A stretch of DNA of 63,910 nucleotides, the filler included. It is 4 parts of 4 records of this genome, joined end to end, with 100 filler letters (N's around TTAATTAATTAA, not from the genome) between each part and the next. Parts side by side here need not be neighbours in the genome. Positions count along the whole stretch, not along the records: positions 1 to 23,657 come from SRR20825019_2211; 3 more parts are not named here. One strand, given 5' to 3'. Within the stretch, counting starts at the first letter, position 1. The number at the start of each line of letters is the position of its first letter. The notes under the pieces are model-generated. The model was given only the letters and a program-made list of their open reading frames with translations. It searched no databases and was not told where the DNA came from. A program made the position numbers and the translations under genes. Below, one piece after another: positions 1 to 9,414 of the stretch.

Positions 1-4
1 CAAG

Positions 5-1162
5 ATGGACCGCGAGGCCCGCGACACCTTTGAAATTCTTGACGAAGTGGCGGAAAAACTGGCGCTGGACACCGTGCCGATGACCTGGCCGATCGGACAG
101 GGCAAGAGTTTTTGCGGCACCTATCATCTGGCGGAAAGTGCCATTCGCCATGGCGATGACGAGCGGGAACTCACCAAGGTGAACGGTCCTGAATCTGTTG
201 CGGACCTGTTGCCGGAACATGAGCGTGTCGACTGGGCCGAAGGGACCGAACTCGCCATTGATGGCTATCCGGTTTTCTCCAGAGAGGCTTTTCTTGAAGG
301 CCATATGACGCCCGTTTATTTTGGCTCCGCGCTTCGTAATTATGGTGTTCGCGATCTTATTCACGCGCTTTCAGAATACGGCCCGCCGCCGCGCGCGCAG
401 GTGGCCGATACCCGCACCGTTGAGGCAACCGACCCCAAAATGAGTGCCTTCGTCTTCAAGATCCAGGCCAACATGGACCCCAACCATCGCGACCGGATCG
501 CCTTTGTGCGCGTCTGCTCCGGTGAACTGAAGCGCGGCATGAAAGCCAAGCTCGCGCGCACCGGTAAACAAATGAGCCTGACGGCACCGCAGTTTTTCTT
601 CGCCTCGCAACGCCAGATCGCTGACACAGCCTTTGCCGGCGATGTCGTTGGCATCCCGAACCATGGAGCACTTCGTATCGGCGATACGCTGACCGATGGC
701 GAGCAACTTGTGTTTCAGGGGGTGCCGAACTTTGCGCCGGAAATTCTTCGCCGTGTTCGCCTGGAGGATGCGATGAAGGCCAAAAAGCTGAAGGACGCCT
801 TGAAACAGATGGCCGAAGAAGGGGTCGTTCAACTGTTCACGCCGGAGGATGGTTCTCCGGCCATTGTCGGCGTTGTTGGTGCTTTGCAGCTTGACGTTTT
901 GAAAGAGCGCCTCCGCGCCGAATACGGATTACCGGTTTCCTTTGAAGTGGCACGTTTTTCGACCTGCCGCTGGATTTCGGCAGACAAGACGGCCGATGTC
1001 GAAAAGTTCATCAACAATCACCGCGGCGACATTGCCCGTGACCTTGATGGCGATCCGGTTTTCATGGCGCAGGATGGCTTTTCACTGAATTATGAAAGCG
1101 AACGCGCACCGGAGATCAAGATGGTGGCGATCAAGGAATATCAGCAGGCCAAGGCTGCTTGA
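5..1162 (+). CDS. prfC: Peptide chain release factor 3, 5'-truncated at the window edge
   Basis: FGSALxNxG, FKIQANMDPNHRDR and GVVGALQLDV motifs of RF3; the frame is open to the window start. Confidence 0.96.
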   Translation: MDREARDTFEILDEVAEKLALDTVPMTWPIGQGKSFCGTYHLAESAIRHGDDERELTKVNGPESVADLLPEHERVDWAEGTELAIDGYPVFSREAFLEGHMTPVYFGSALRNYGVRDLIHALSEYGPPPRAQVADTRTVEATDPKMSAFVFKIQANMDPNHRDRIAFVRVCSGELKRGMKAKLARTGKQMSLTAPQFFFASQRQIADTAFAGDVVGIPNHGALRIGDTLTDGEQLVFQGVPNFAPEILRRVRLEDAMKAKKLKDALKQMAEEGVVQLFTPEDGSPAIVGVVGALQLDVLKERLRAEYGLPVSFEVARFSTCRWISADKTADVEKFINNHRGDIARDLDGDPVFMAQDGFSLNYESERAPEIKMVAIKEYQQAKAA

Positions 1163-1171
1163 GGACAGACC

Positions 1172-2047
1172 ATGAGCAAGACGGAAGTGATTGGTATATG
1201 TGGCGTTGGCCGAATGGGCAGCGCCATGGCTGCACGGCTTGCAGCGCAAGGTTTCAAGCTGGTGCTGTGGTCGCGCAGTGGCGTGACGGATGAATTCGCC
1301 TCCGATAACGATGCTGAAATAGCCCTTTCGCCAGCCGCTCTTGCTTTCAGATCGGACATCATCATCACGTCCCTCCTCAATGATACGGCAGTCGAAGCCG
1401 TACTCGGTCAGTTGGTTGAAACCTCGCTTCCCGGCAAACTGATTGTCGAAATGTCGACGGTAAACCCGAAGACATTGAAAAAATTCTCCGAACGGATCAA
1501 GGCCAAGGGCGGCAGCGCCATTGATGCGCCGATATCCGGCGGCCCGGAATTTGTTTCAGAAGGAAAGGCCGGGATCTATATCGGCGGCGCTGACATTGAC
1601 TTTTCAAGATTCCATCCCGTCGCCCAGGCACTGTCTGACCGGATACACCATACCGGCTCACTGGGAACCGGAGCGGCCGCAAAAATCATCAATAACATGA
1701 TGCTGTGCGGCTATTGGGAAGTCTTGAAAGAGGCTCTTCTGACCGGCAAGCAAGCGGGACTTTCGGTCGAGAAAATGCTGGATGTGCTGTTGACCAGTCC
1801 CGGCGGCTCACCGGCACTGAAAACCCGCGCACCACGTATTCTGGGTGAAGACGGTACAGTCGGTTTTCCGGTAAAAGGCGCACTGAAAGACGCAAAACTG
1901 TTTGCAAGCGTGGCCGACAGTTTCGGCATCGACACACCGGCGATTGATGCCGCAGTGAAAAGCTATTCAGCCTGCCTTGAGGCCGGTCACGGTGATGAGG
2001 ATCTTTCGGCAATGGTTCGCACCGCGCTTGCTGCAAAAGACCAGTAG
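1172..2047 (+). CDS. NAD(P)-dependent oxidoreductase, 3-hydroxyisobutyrate dehydrogenase family
   Basis: GxGxMG Rossmann motif, DAPISGG, KIINN catalytic lysine region. Confidence 0.9.
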   Translation: MSKTEVIGICGVGRMGSAMAARLAAQGFKLVLWSRSGVTDEFASDNDAEIALSPAALAFRSDIIITSLLNDTAVEAVLGQLVETSLPGKLIVEMSTVNPKTLKKFSERIKAKGGSAIDAPISGGPEFVSEGKAGIYIGGADIDFSRFHPVAQALSDRIHHTGSLGTGAAAKIINNMMLCGYWEVLKEALLTGKQAGLSVEKMLDVLLTSPGGSPALKTRAPRILGEDGTVGFPVKGALKDAKLFASVADSFGIDTPAIDAAVKSYSACLEAGHGDEDLSAMVRTALAAKDQ

Positions 2048-2051
2048 CCCC

Positions 2052-2456
2052 CTACTCCGTTTTCTCACCGGGAAACGCTGAAAGATCGCCTGCCCACGAA
2101 GCTGCAGAGCGGCACCAGATCTGGCGTTTGGGTGGCAGTTGATCACGCTGGTCAATCATGCCCCAGCGGATCACCCATTGATCTGCGGCTTCCCCCTCAC
2201 CTTTTGAAAACACCGGCCCGCCGCAGGTTTCACAAAAAGTTTGCGCACGCTTCTCGCCGCTTTCGGCCATTTTCCAGTAGTCCCGGGTTACACCACCGGA
2301 AAGCGCAATATTGTCACGGGAAACCAGTACAGACACACGGTATGGCGACCCGCTTAGGCGCTGGCAATCTTTGCAATGGCAAACCACCACCTGCTCGGGA
2401 TCAACATCCGCTTCAAAACGCACACTGCCGCAAAAACAACCTCCGGTTATATTCAT
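2052..2456 (-). CDS. GFA (glutathione-dependent formaldehyde-activating) family protein
   Basis: GGCxCG, CHCxxCQR and FCxxCG zinc ligands; start moved to ATG at 2456. Confidence 0.9.
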   Translation of the reverse strand: MNITGGCFCGSVRFEADVDPEQVVVCHCKDCQRLSGSPYRVSVLVSRDNIALSGGVTRDYWKMAESGEKRAQTFCETCGGPVFSKGEGEAADQWVIRWGMIDQRDQLPPKRQIWCRSAASWAGDLSAFPGEKTE

Positions 2457-2583
2457 CCTGTTCCTCGTATCTGAACCCTGTCGGCCTAACTGCCATAGAG
2501 CACTGAAGGCAAGCAAGCTTTATGAACTTGAAGAATGATGAGGTGTGTATCAAATATATTGCACAAACACTCGGAGACGTGAG

Positions 2584-2988
2584 ATGAACATCGGACATGC
2601 GGCACAAAAATCAGGCCTGCCGCCCAAGACAATCCGCTACTACGAAGACATCGGCCTTGTGGTCGCAGACCGGGCCGAGAACGGGTACCGCAACTATTCC
2701 GATGATCATATTCACCGGCTGAACTTCATCCACCGCGCCCGCGACCTTGGCTTCTCGGTCGATGAGTGCCGTCAGCTCCTGTCACTCTATGATGACAGCG
2801 GACGGGAAAGTGCCGAAGTCAAAGCGCTGGCACTGACCAAGATTGACGAGATTGAGGAAAAGCTCACAAAACTGAACTCGCTGAAATCAACGCTTCAACA
2901 TCTGGCTGAGAACTGCCACGGCGACCACCGGCCGGATTGCCCGATCCTGGAAGAGCTTTCCGGCAGCAAAAGCGATTGTTGCGGCTGA
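2584..2988 (+). CDS. cueR: Cu(I)-responsive MerR-family regulator
   Basis: MNIG..KTIRYYEDIG helix-turn-helix and CHGDHRPDCPIL metal-binding loop; GGAG upstream of ATG at 2584. Confidence 0.92.
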   Translation: MNIGHAAQKSGLPPKTIRYYEDIGLVVADRAENGYRNYSDDHIHRLNFIHRARDLGFSVDECRQLLSLYDDSGRESAEVKALALTKIDEIEEKLTKLNSLKSTLQHLAENCHGDHRPDCPILEELSGSKSDCCG

Positions 2989-3007
2989 TACGATACGGGC
3001 TCACAGC

Positions 3008-3889
3008 TTATCGCGTCGGCACCGGTTCTTCGCCACGGTAATCGTAGAAGCCGCGACCGGCCTTGCGACCAAGCCAACCGGCATCAACATATTTCACCAG
3101 CAGCGGGCAAGGCCGGTATTTGTCATGCCCCAAACCGTCGTGCAGCATCTGAATGCCGGAAAGGCAGGTATCGAGACCGATGAAATCCGCCAGTTCGAGC
3201 GGCCCCATCGGATGACGCGCCCCAAGCTTCATAGCCGTATCAATGGAATCGACAGACCCCACGCCCTCATAAAGCACGTAGATCGCTTCGTTGATCATCG
3301 GCAACAGCACACGGTTGACGATAAAGGCGGGAAAATCTTCCGAAACCGTAGGCGTTTTTCCAAGCGAACGCACAAACACCTTCGCGGTTTCGAAGGTCAC
3401 TTCTTCCGTGGCAATGCCACGCACCAGTTCGACCAGTTCCATCACCGGAACCGGGTTCATAAAATGCACGCCCATATAGCGTTCCGGCCGATCAGTGGAG
3501 GCTGCGAGGCGTGTGATGGAAAGCGTGGACGTATTGGTTGCCAGTAACGCTTCCGGCTTCAGGATCGGGCAGATTTTGGCATAAAGCGCACGCTTTTCAC
3601 CTTCATCCTCCGTAATCGCCTCGATTGCGATATCCACGGGAGCCAGATCCTGGAGGTCGGTGGATGCGGATATGCGGCCAAGCGCCAGCTTTCGTGCCTC
3701 ATCGGTGAGTTTGTCGCTTGAAACCTGACGCGCAAGGTTTCCGTTGATGGTCGCCAGACCACGCTCAAGCTGCTCACGAGACAAATCAATGAGTTGCACA
3801 TCATAACCCGCGACGGCGCAAACATGAGCGACGCCGCAGCCCATGGCACCAGCACCGATTACACCGATCCGCCTGATCTCTTCGGCCAT
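3008..3889 (-). CDS. 3-hydroxybutyryl-CoA dehydrogenase
   Basis: GAGAMG, NTS, HFMNPVP and HPMGPLELAD motifs. Confidence 0.92.
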   Translation of the reverse strand: MAEEIRRIGVIGAGAMGCGVAHVCAVAGYDVQLIDLSREQLERGLATINGNLARQVSSDKLTDEARKLALGRISASTDLQDLAPVDIAIEAITEDEGEKRALYAKICPILKPEALLATNTSTLSITRLAASTDRPERYMGVHFMNPVPVMELVELVRGIATEEVTFETAKVFVRSLGKTPTVSEDFPAFIVNRVLLPMINEAIYVLYEGVGSVDSIDTAMKLGARHPMGPLELADFIGLDTCLSGIQMLHDGLGHDKYRPCPLLVKYVDAGWLGRKAGRGFYDYRGEEPVPTR

Positions 3890-4107
3890 CCTGCGCTCCC
3901 TTGCGGTTGTTCTTCGGCTCAAACGTCCAGCTCATCGGCCATCCGTTCTGCACGAACCAAGTGTTAGGCGCTCCGCACCCGTTTTTCCAGCATTTCGACC
4001 CGTGACAATGGTTGTGAGATGCGGAATTATCGCCAACACACTACCGCGCCAGAAGAATCTGGTCTAGGACCGATGCTGCCCGCTTCAAACGAGACTATCA
4101 GGCTATT

Positions 4108-5271
4108 ATGACACAAAGACGCATTGCCGTTTTCGGCGCAACCGGCTCCATCGGCGTCAATACGCTGGATGTGATCAACCAGCTTGGCGGACGCGATGCA
4201 TTCACAGTCACCGCACTGACGGGAAACAGCAATGTCGCAAAGCTGGCTCAACAGGCCATAGCACATAACGCGAAAATGGCTGTCACCGCTGATGAACGGC
4301 AGTATTCTGCACTGAAATCGTCTCTTGCGGGGACGGGTATAACCCCCGCTGCCGGTTCGTCAGGACTCATGGAAGCCGCCGCCATGGAAAACGATCTGGT
4401 GATGGCGGCCATTGTGGGGACAGCCGGCCTCAAACCGGCACTGGCCGCAGCCAGGTCAGGCGCTGATATCGCCCTTGCCAACAAGGAATGTCTGGTTTCC
4501 GCCGGCTCTTTGTTTCTCTCTGCTGTTCACGAAGGCGGCGGCCGTCTGATCCCGGTCGACAGCGAACATTCCGCCATTTTTCAGGTGTTTGAGGAAAGAC
4601 AGCGAAGAGCGCTGGAGCGCGTCATCATCACCGCATCAGGTGGTCCATTTCGCACCAAAACGCTGGAGGAAATGCGTCTTGTCGATGCCGCGGCTGCGCG
4701 CGCGCACCCCAACTGGTCGATGGGCCTGAAGATTTCAATCGACAGCGCGTCAATGTTCAACAAGGCGCTGGAAATGATCGAGGCGCTGCATCTTTTTGCA
4801 CTGAAGCCGGAACAGATCGAAGTGATCGTTCACCCGCAATCGATCATCCATTCCATGGTCGGCTATGCGGATGGCTCCATTCTGGCACAGCTTGGCTGCC
4901 CGGATATGCGCACAGCCATCGGTTATGCGCTCGCATATCCCAATCGCCCGGCGCTCAGCGTTGAACATCTGGATTTTGCCAGACTGGCACGGCTGGATTT
5001 CGAAGCGCCGGATGAACAGCGCTTCCCGGCACTGAAGCTGGCCCGGCTCGCAATGGAACGCGGCGGTCTTCAGGGAGCGGTTTTGAACGCCGCCAAGGAA
5101 ATCGCGCTGGAGGCCTTTATCGCTGGCCGTTGCGGCTTTCTGGAAATGGCAGACATCACCGAACACGTTATGGAAAACATGCGCGGTCTTCCCACCGCAA
5201 GCGGCATCGGCGATATCTATGCCGCTGACGAAGAAGCGCGCCGTCAGGCAGCCACACTCATAAAACCGTAA
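4108..5271 (+). CDS. dxr: 1-deoxy-D-xylulose-5-phosphate reductoisomerase
   Basis: GATGSIG, LANKE, PVDSEH, HPNWSMG and NKALE motifs. Confidence 0.97.
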   Translation: MTQRRIAVFGATGSIGVNTLDVINQLGGRDAFTVTALTGNSNVAKLAQQAIAHNAKMAVTADERQYSALKSSLAGTGITPAAGSSGLMEAAAMENDLVMAAIVGTAGLKPALAAARSGADIALANKECLVSAGSLFLSAVHEGGGRLIPVDSEHSAIFQVFEERQRRALERVIITASGGPFRTKTLEEMRLVDAAAARAHPNWSMGLKISIDSASMFNKALEMIEALHLFALKPEQIEVIVHPQSIIHSMVGYADGSILAQLGCPDMRTAIGYALAYPNRPALSVEHLDFARLARLDFEAPDEQRFPALKLARLAMERGGLQGAVLNAAKEIALEAFIAGRCGFLEMADITEHVMENMRGLPTASGIGDIYAADEEARRQAATLIKP

Positions 5272-5275
5272 CACG

Positions 5276-5983
5276 CTACCATTCTATCTCACGGCCATCA
5301 TAGGTAAGAAAAACACCTGTGTGCCCTTCCGGCACGCCATCCAGCGTGCTCAGCATATCAGCTGCGGCCACATCTGCCTCAACCCTGCGATTGCCTGCCG
5401 CAAACGGTTCGGAAAGTGACGTTGCCACCGTGCCGGGATGCAGCGCCACCAGAGAAAGTCGCGGATATTTGCGTTTCGCCTCAATCGCGCTTGTACGGAT
5501 AATCTGGTTCAGCCCGGCTTTGGCCGCACGATATGACATCCAGCCACCGATATGATTATCACCAATGGAACCGACACGCGCCGAAAGACAGGCAAAAATC
5601 GCCCGCTCATCACGGGCCATCAATGGTAGAAAATGTTTCAGCACCATGGCCGGGCCGACTGCATTCAAGGCGTACTGCTTCATCATCGCATCCTGCTCAA
5701 CGGCACGAATGGTCTTTTCCGGCCCAACACCATCAATATGCAGCGCACCGGTTGCACACAGGATCAACGTAAAGAGTTCCCCGGAAAAACGCTCCGCCGC
5801 TTCGGTAACCTTGGCCTCATCGGTGATATCAAAGCCATCAATGCTGCGGGATAATGTTGCCACGCGTTCACATAGGAAATCACCTTCAAGCGCTTTGACA
5901 AACGCTGAACCAATCCCACCAGATGCGCCAATGACCAGGGCTCTATAGCCGGGTTCGAGTGAATCCATTGCGGTAACAACCAT
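5276..5983 (-). CDS. Short-chain dehydrogenase, C-factor/CsgA-like
   Basis: GASGGIG, SARVGSIGDN, YRAAK and LHPGTV motifs. Confidence 0.9.
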   Translation of the reverse strand: MVVTAMDSLEPGYRALVIGASGGIGSAFVKALEGDFLCERVATLSRSIDGFDITDEAKVTEAAERFSGELFTLILCATGALHIDGVGPEKTIRAVEQDAMMKQYALNAVGPAMVLKHFLPLMARDERAIFACLSARVGSIGDNHIGGWMSYRAAKAGLNQIIRTSAIEAKRKYPRLSLVALHPGTVATSLSEPFAAGNRRVEADVAAADMLSTLDGVPEGHTGVFLTYDGREIEW

Positions 5984-6032
5984 TTTTTCTCCGGAACTTT
6001 GCGAGAAACTACGAAGAGCTCAGACCTTTGGA

Positions 6033-7151
6033 TTATCGATCAAAAATGGCCCGCCACAAATCAAACGGATATGCGCCATCACAGCCTTCCGGTGCTGTGT
6101 TGGTCATGGCAACAGCCACGGTTCCGCTGGCCGGGTCATAGCACCAGCGATTGCCATAAACGCCACCCCAGGACACGGCGCCATCGGGAAGTGGTGAATT
6201 ATCAAGCGCCGAATCCTCGGTCACGGCACCAAGGAAGCCAAACTTGACACCCGGGCGGACATTCAGCGCGCCAATCTGGTTGCGTGTTGCCGTTGCCACC
6301 GTCTCCGGTTTCAACACGCCATCACCACCCTTGCGGATCATCTCCAGAAGCCGGATCACATCACCGGCGGTTCCGGCCATGCCACCGCCGCCGCCCTGAA
6401 AGGCACGCGCATTGAATATCCGGGCCGGGGAAAAACAATAAACCATATCGTAAGGTCCTGGCACCCGCTCGGGTTCCCGCATCGGGCGTGGTTCAGGGAC
6501 GTCATTGACGTAAGGCACGGCAAGACGATCCGCATCTGAAACGAGAAAGCCCGTATCGGTGATCCCGAGCGGTGTAAAAATATAGCGCCGGATCGCATCC
6601 TCCACGCTGCCACCATCAATCTGCGCCAGAACAGCGCCGAGAATGTCTGTGGCAATGGAATATTCCCAGGCCTTACCAGGCGCGTAAGAGAGCGGAACCG
6701 TATTCAGACGTGAAAAGTTCTCTTCCAGCGTCAGCTCAGAGTTCTCAAGCCCGGTCAGAATCGGATCATGAGATGGAAGCACGCCAAAACCCGGTCTGTA
6801 GTTCAACCCGGCTGTGTGGGTCAGCAGATGCCGGATAGTGATCTCGGCAGCACGGCCATCCGGCATTGGAGGATGAAACCATGGCAGATAATCAATCACG
6901 CGGTCATGCAGGGAAAGTCTGCCTGCATCCATCATTGCCAGCGCAGTGGCGGCAACAAACGGCTTGGTTACAGATGCAAAACGGAAGATCGTATCCAATC
7001 CGGCGACCTTGCCCGCCTCGCGGTCAGCAAAGCCGGCAGCGCGTTGATAGACCGGCGAACCTTTCCGCCAGACCATAACCACTGTGCCGACAATTCTCGC
7101 TTCCTCAATGGCGCGGTCGACAGCCGCATCAATCCGCTCACCCAATTCCAT
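6033..7151 (-). CDS. Serine hydrolase, class C beta-lactamase/esterase family
   Basis: SVTK (SxxK), LLTHTAG, YS and WGG motifs; GGAGG before ATG at 7151. Confidence 0.9.
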   Translation of the reverse strand: MELGERIDAAVDRAIEEARIVGTVVMVWRKGSPVYQRAAGFADREAGKVAGLDTIFRFASVTKPFVAATALAMMDAGRLSLHDRVIDYLPWFHPPMPDGRAAEITIRHLLTHTAGLNYRPGFGVLPSHDPILTGLENSELTLEENFSRLNTVPLSYAPGKAWEYSIATDILGAVLAQIDGGSVEDAIRRYIFTPLGITDTGFLVSDADRLAVPYVNDVPEPRPMREPERVPGPYDMVYCFSPARIFNARAFQGGGGGMAGTAGDVIRLLEMIRKGGDGVLKPETVATATRNQIGALNVRPGVKFGFLGAVTEDSALDNSPLPDGAVSWGGVYGNRWCYDPASGTVAVAMTNTAPEGCDGAYPFDLWRAIFDR

Positions 7152-7244
7152 GGAAAATCCTCCGGACCACAACCCATATGGATTGCTTGATCCGGAACCC
7201 GGCAGCGACTGTCAAGTTAAATTCCCGGTGACGCGAGGGCGCTG

Positions 7245-8459
7245 TCAGGCAACGGCGCGCGCCAGAGCGCATTGTGACCAAAGGCTGTGCAGCGCCGAAA
7301 CCAGATGCTCGATATCCGCATCGCTGTGAAGCGGAGTCGGTGTGAAGCGCAGGCGTTCGGTTTTGCGTGGCACTGTTGGGTAATTGATCGGCTGAACATA
7401 AATGCCGAAATCATCCAGCAGGATATCGGAAATCCACTTGCACTTCGCTGCATCACCCACCATCACCGGAACAATGTGACTGGGATTATCCATATGCGGA
7501 ATACCCATCGCATCCAGCCGGTTGCGCAGACACTGCACACGCTCCTGATGGCGCATACGTTCGATCTGGCTGGCTTTCAGGTGACGGATCGATGCGACGG
7601 CACCGGCGGCAAGTGATGGCGGCAGGGCGGTTGTGAAAATAAAACCGGAAGCAAAAGAGCGGACGAAATCAACCAATGCACGCGACGCGGTAATGTAACC
7701 GCCCATAACGCCAAACGCCTTGCCAAGAGTACCTTCGATGATCGTCAGGCGATCCATCAGCCCCTCATGCTCGGCCACACCGCCACCCCGCGGGCCATAC
7801 ATGCCAACGGCGTGAACTTCATCAAGATAGGTCATCGCGCCATATTTGTCGGCCAGATCACAAATCTCCCTGATCGGTGCGATGTCACCATCCATCGAGT
7901 AAACCGACTCAAAGGCGATCAGTTTCGGCGCATCCGGATCGGCGGCCTTCAACTTAGCTTCCAGATCCTCAAGATCGTTGTGCTTGAAGATCACGCGCGG
8001 ACACTTGCCGTGGCGGATACCCTCGATCATCGAAGCATGGTTCAGCGCATCGGAAAAAATGACAAGGCCGGGGATTTTTTGACCAAGTGTGCCAAGCGTT
8101 GCCCAGTTGGACACATAACCGGAGGTGAAGATCAACGCGGCTTCCTTGTTGTGCAGATCGGCCAGCTCGTCTTCCAACTGAACGTGATAGTAATTGGTGC
8201 CAGAGATGTTGCGCGTTCCGCCCGCACCCGCGCCGCAAGAATCGATCGCCGCCTTCATGGCGTCGACCACGGTGGGACACTGCCCCATACCGAGATAGTC
8301 ATTGGAACACCAGACCGTCACATCAGATGCAACGCCATCCTTGAAACGCGAAGCACGCGGAAATTCACCGCGATGACGCTTGAGTTCGGCAAACACACGA
8401 TACCGGCCTTCCTCATGCAGTCCATCCAGTTCGCTTTTAAAAAATGCTTCGAAATCCAT
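7245..8459 (-). CDS. hemA: 5-aminolevulinate synthase
   Basis: [26 protein letters not shown] and GTLGKAFG (PLP lysine); start MDFE at 8459. Confidence 0.97.
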   Translation of the reverse strand: MDFEAFFKSELDGLHEEGRYRVFAELKRHRGEFPRASRFKDGVASDVTVWCSNDYLGMGQCPTVVDAMKAAIDSCGAGAGGTRNISGTNYYHVQLEDELADLHNKEAALIFTSGYVSNWATLGTLGQKIPGLVIFSDALNHASMIEGIRHGKCPRVIFKHNDLEDLEAKLKAADPDAPKLIAFESVYSMDGDIAPIREICDLADKYGAMTYLDEVHAVGMYGPRGGGVAEHEGLMDRLTIIEGTLGKAFGVMGGYITASRALVDFVRSFASGFIFTTALPPSLAAGAVASIRHLKASQIERMRHQERVQCLRNRLDAMGIPHMDNPSHIVPVMVGDAAKCKWISDILLDDFGIYVQPINYPTVPRKTERLRFTPTPLHSDADIEHLVSALHSLWSQCALARAVA

Positions 8460-8572
8460 TGCTCGAGTGCTCCAACCGCAGGCCTTATGTTTTGTCAAAC
8501 AGGATTTGACGAAGTTTATCCTACGTCAACCCAGACACAGGCTAATTCCTGCCTGTGCGTCAATTGGCCCAT

Positions 8573-8589
8573 ATTTGAATTATTCCAAA
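8573..8589. promoter_or_regulatory. Putative Irr box (iron control element) upstream of hemA
   Basis: ATTTGAA-TTA-TTCCAAA compared with consensus TTTRGAA-N3-TTCYAAA: two mismatches, both in the left half. Confidence 0.5.
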
Positions 8590-8621
8590 CAGCTTTTACA
8601 CGCAACAGCTATGACCAAAAC

Positions 8622-8635
8622 TTGACCGTAATCAA
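8622..8635. promoter_or_regulatory. FNR/FixK-type box upstream of hemA
   Basis: TTGAC-CGTA-ATCAA compared with consensus TTGAT-N4-ATCAA: one mismatch. Confidence 0.7.
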
Positions 8636-8841
8636 ATCGTATCAGAAACAGTCTAGACTCTGAACATTTCCGGGCACAAGTTACAGGCGTTTCGGTTTTC
8701 ACTTCCAGCAACTTCGCTTATCCTGTATGGGAAGGGGTGGCGGCCGCATCAGCATCAGGCAGGGCGTTCAGGCGCCAGTCGGGCAGATTGCCAATGGCCA
8801 GCCGCTATGTGACCTTTTTTGGCAACCGTAGTGAGGGATAT

Positions 8842-9117
8842 ATGAAAAAGATCTTTGCTGGACTGATTATTGGCGTCTCCGCGCTGGCTGCAACGGCCTG
8901 CACTCCGACGCAGGAAGGTGCTGCCATCGGTGCAGGAACCGGTGCTGCCGGTGCACTGCTTCTCGGTGGCAATACCGGTGAAACACTGGCCGCAACAGCT
9001 GTCGGCGCCGCAGCAGGCGCGCTCATCGGACGGACCCGCGAGGGCAGCAACAAGTGCTATTACCGCGACCGCTATGGCCGCGAATACGTTGATTCCTGCC
9101 CCTCTGGCTACCGTTGA
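8842..9117 (+). CDS. Glycine-zipper lipoprotein
   Basis: Signal peptide ending in ATAC (lipobox-like) followed by GAAIGAGTGA and GAAAGALIG zipper motifs. Confidence 0.85.
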   Translation: MKKIFAGLIIGVSALAATACTPTQEGAAIGAGTGAAGALLLGGNTGETLAATAVGAAAGALIGRTREGSNKCYYRDRYGREYVDSCPSGYR

Positions 9118-9124
9118 TAATTTC

Positions 9125-9163
9125 ACAAAAGCCGCCGACACCAACGACGTTGGCGGCTTTTGT
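9125..9163. terminator. Intrinsic terminator, possibly bidirectional
   Basis: ACAAAAGCCGCCGAC-9 nt-GTTGGCGGCTTTTGT hairpin just after the stop codon. Confidence 0.8.
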
Positions 9164-9414
9164 ATATAAGATGACGATCCGGGGCTGTTCATTCGAGTAA
9201 CGAATGGTTAACGATGCTGCAAGACAGAGCAGCGCCCGGCCATGTTTTATGTGTTTTCATGGTATAGTATCACTGGGTTAACATCAGTTTTGTGCGGTCA
9301 CACAGAGACAAGCACATCACTTAATTCGTTGTTTTTTTTTGTAAGTTCGGATGCGAAACAGTATCTTTTTTCGAACTTAACTGAAAACAGACCGCAGTGT
9401 TTTTTGAGTCTCAG

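Noticed and set aside
9332-9340. T9 tract upstream of tamA as a phase-variation site
   Set aside because: Short tract in an AT-rich intergenic region, with no evidence of length variation.
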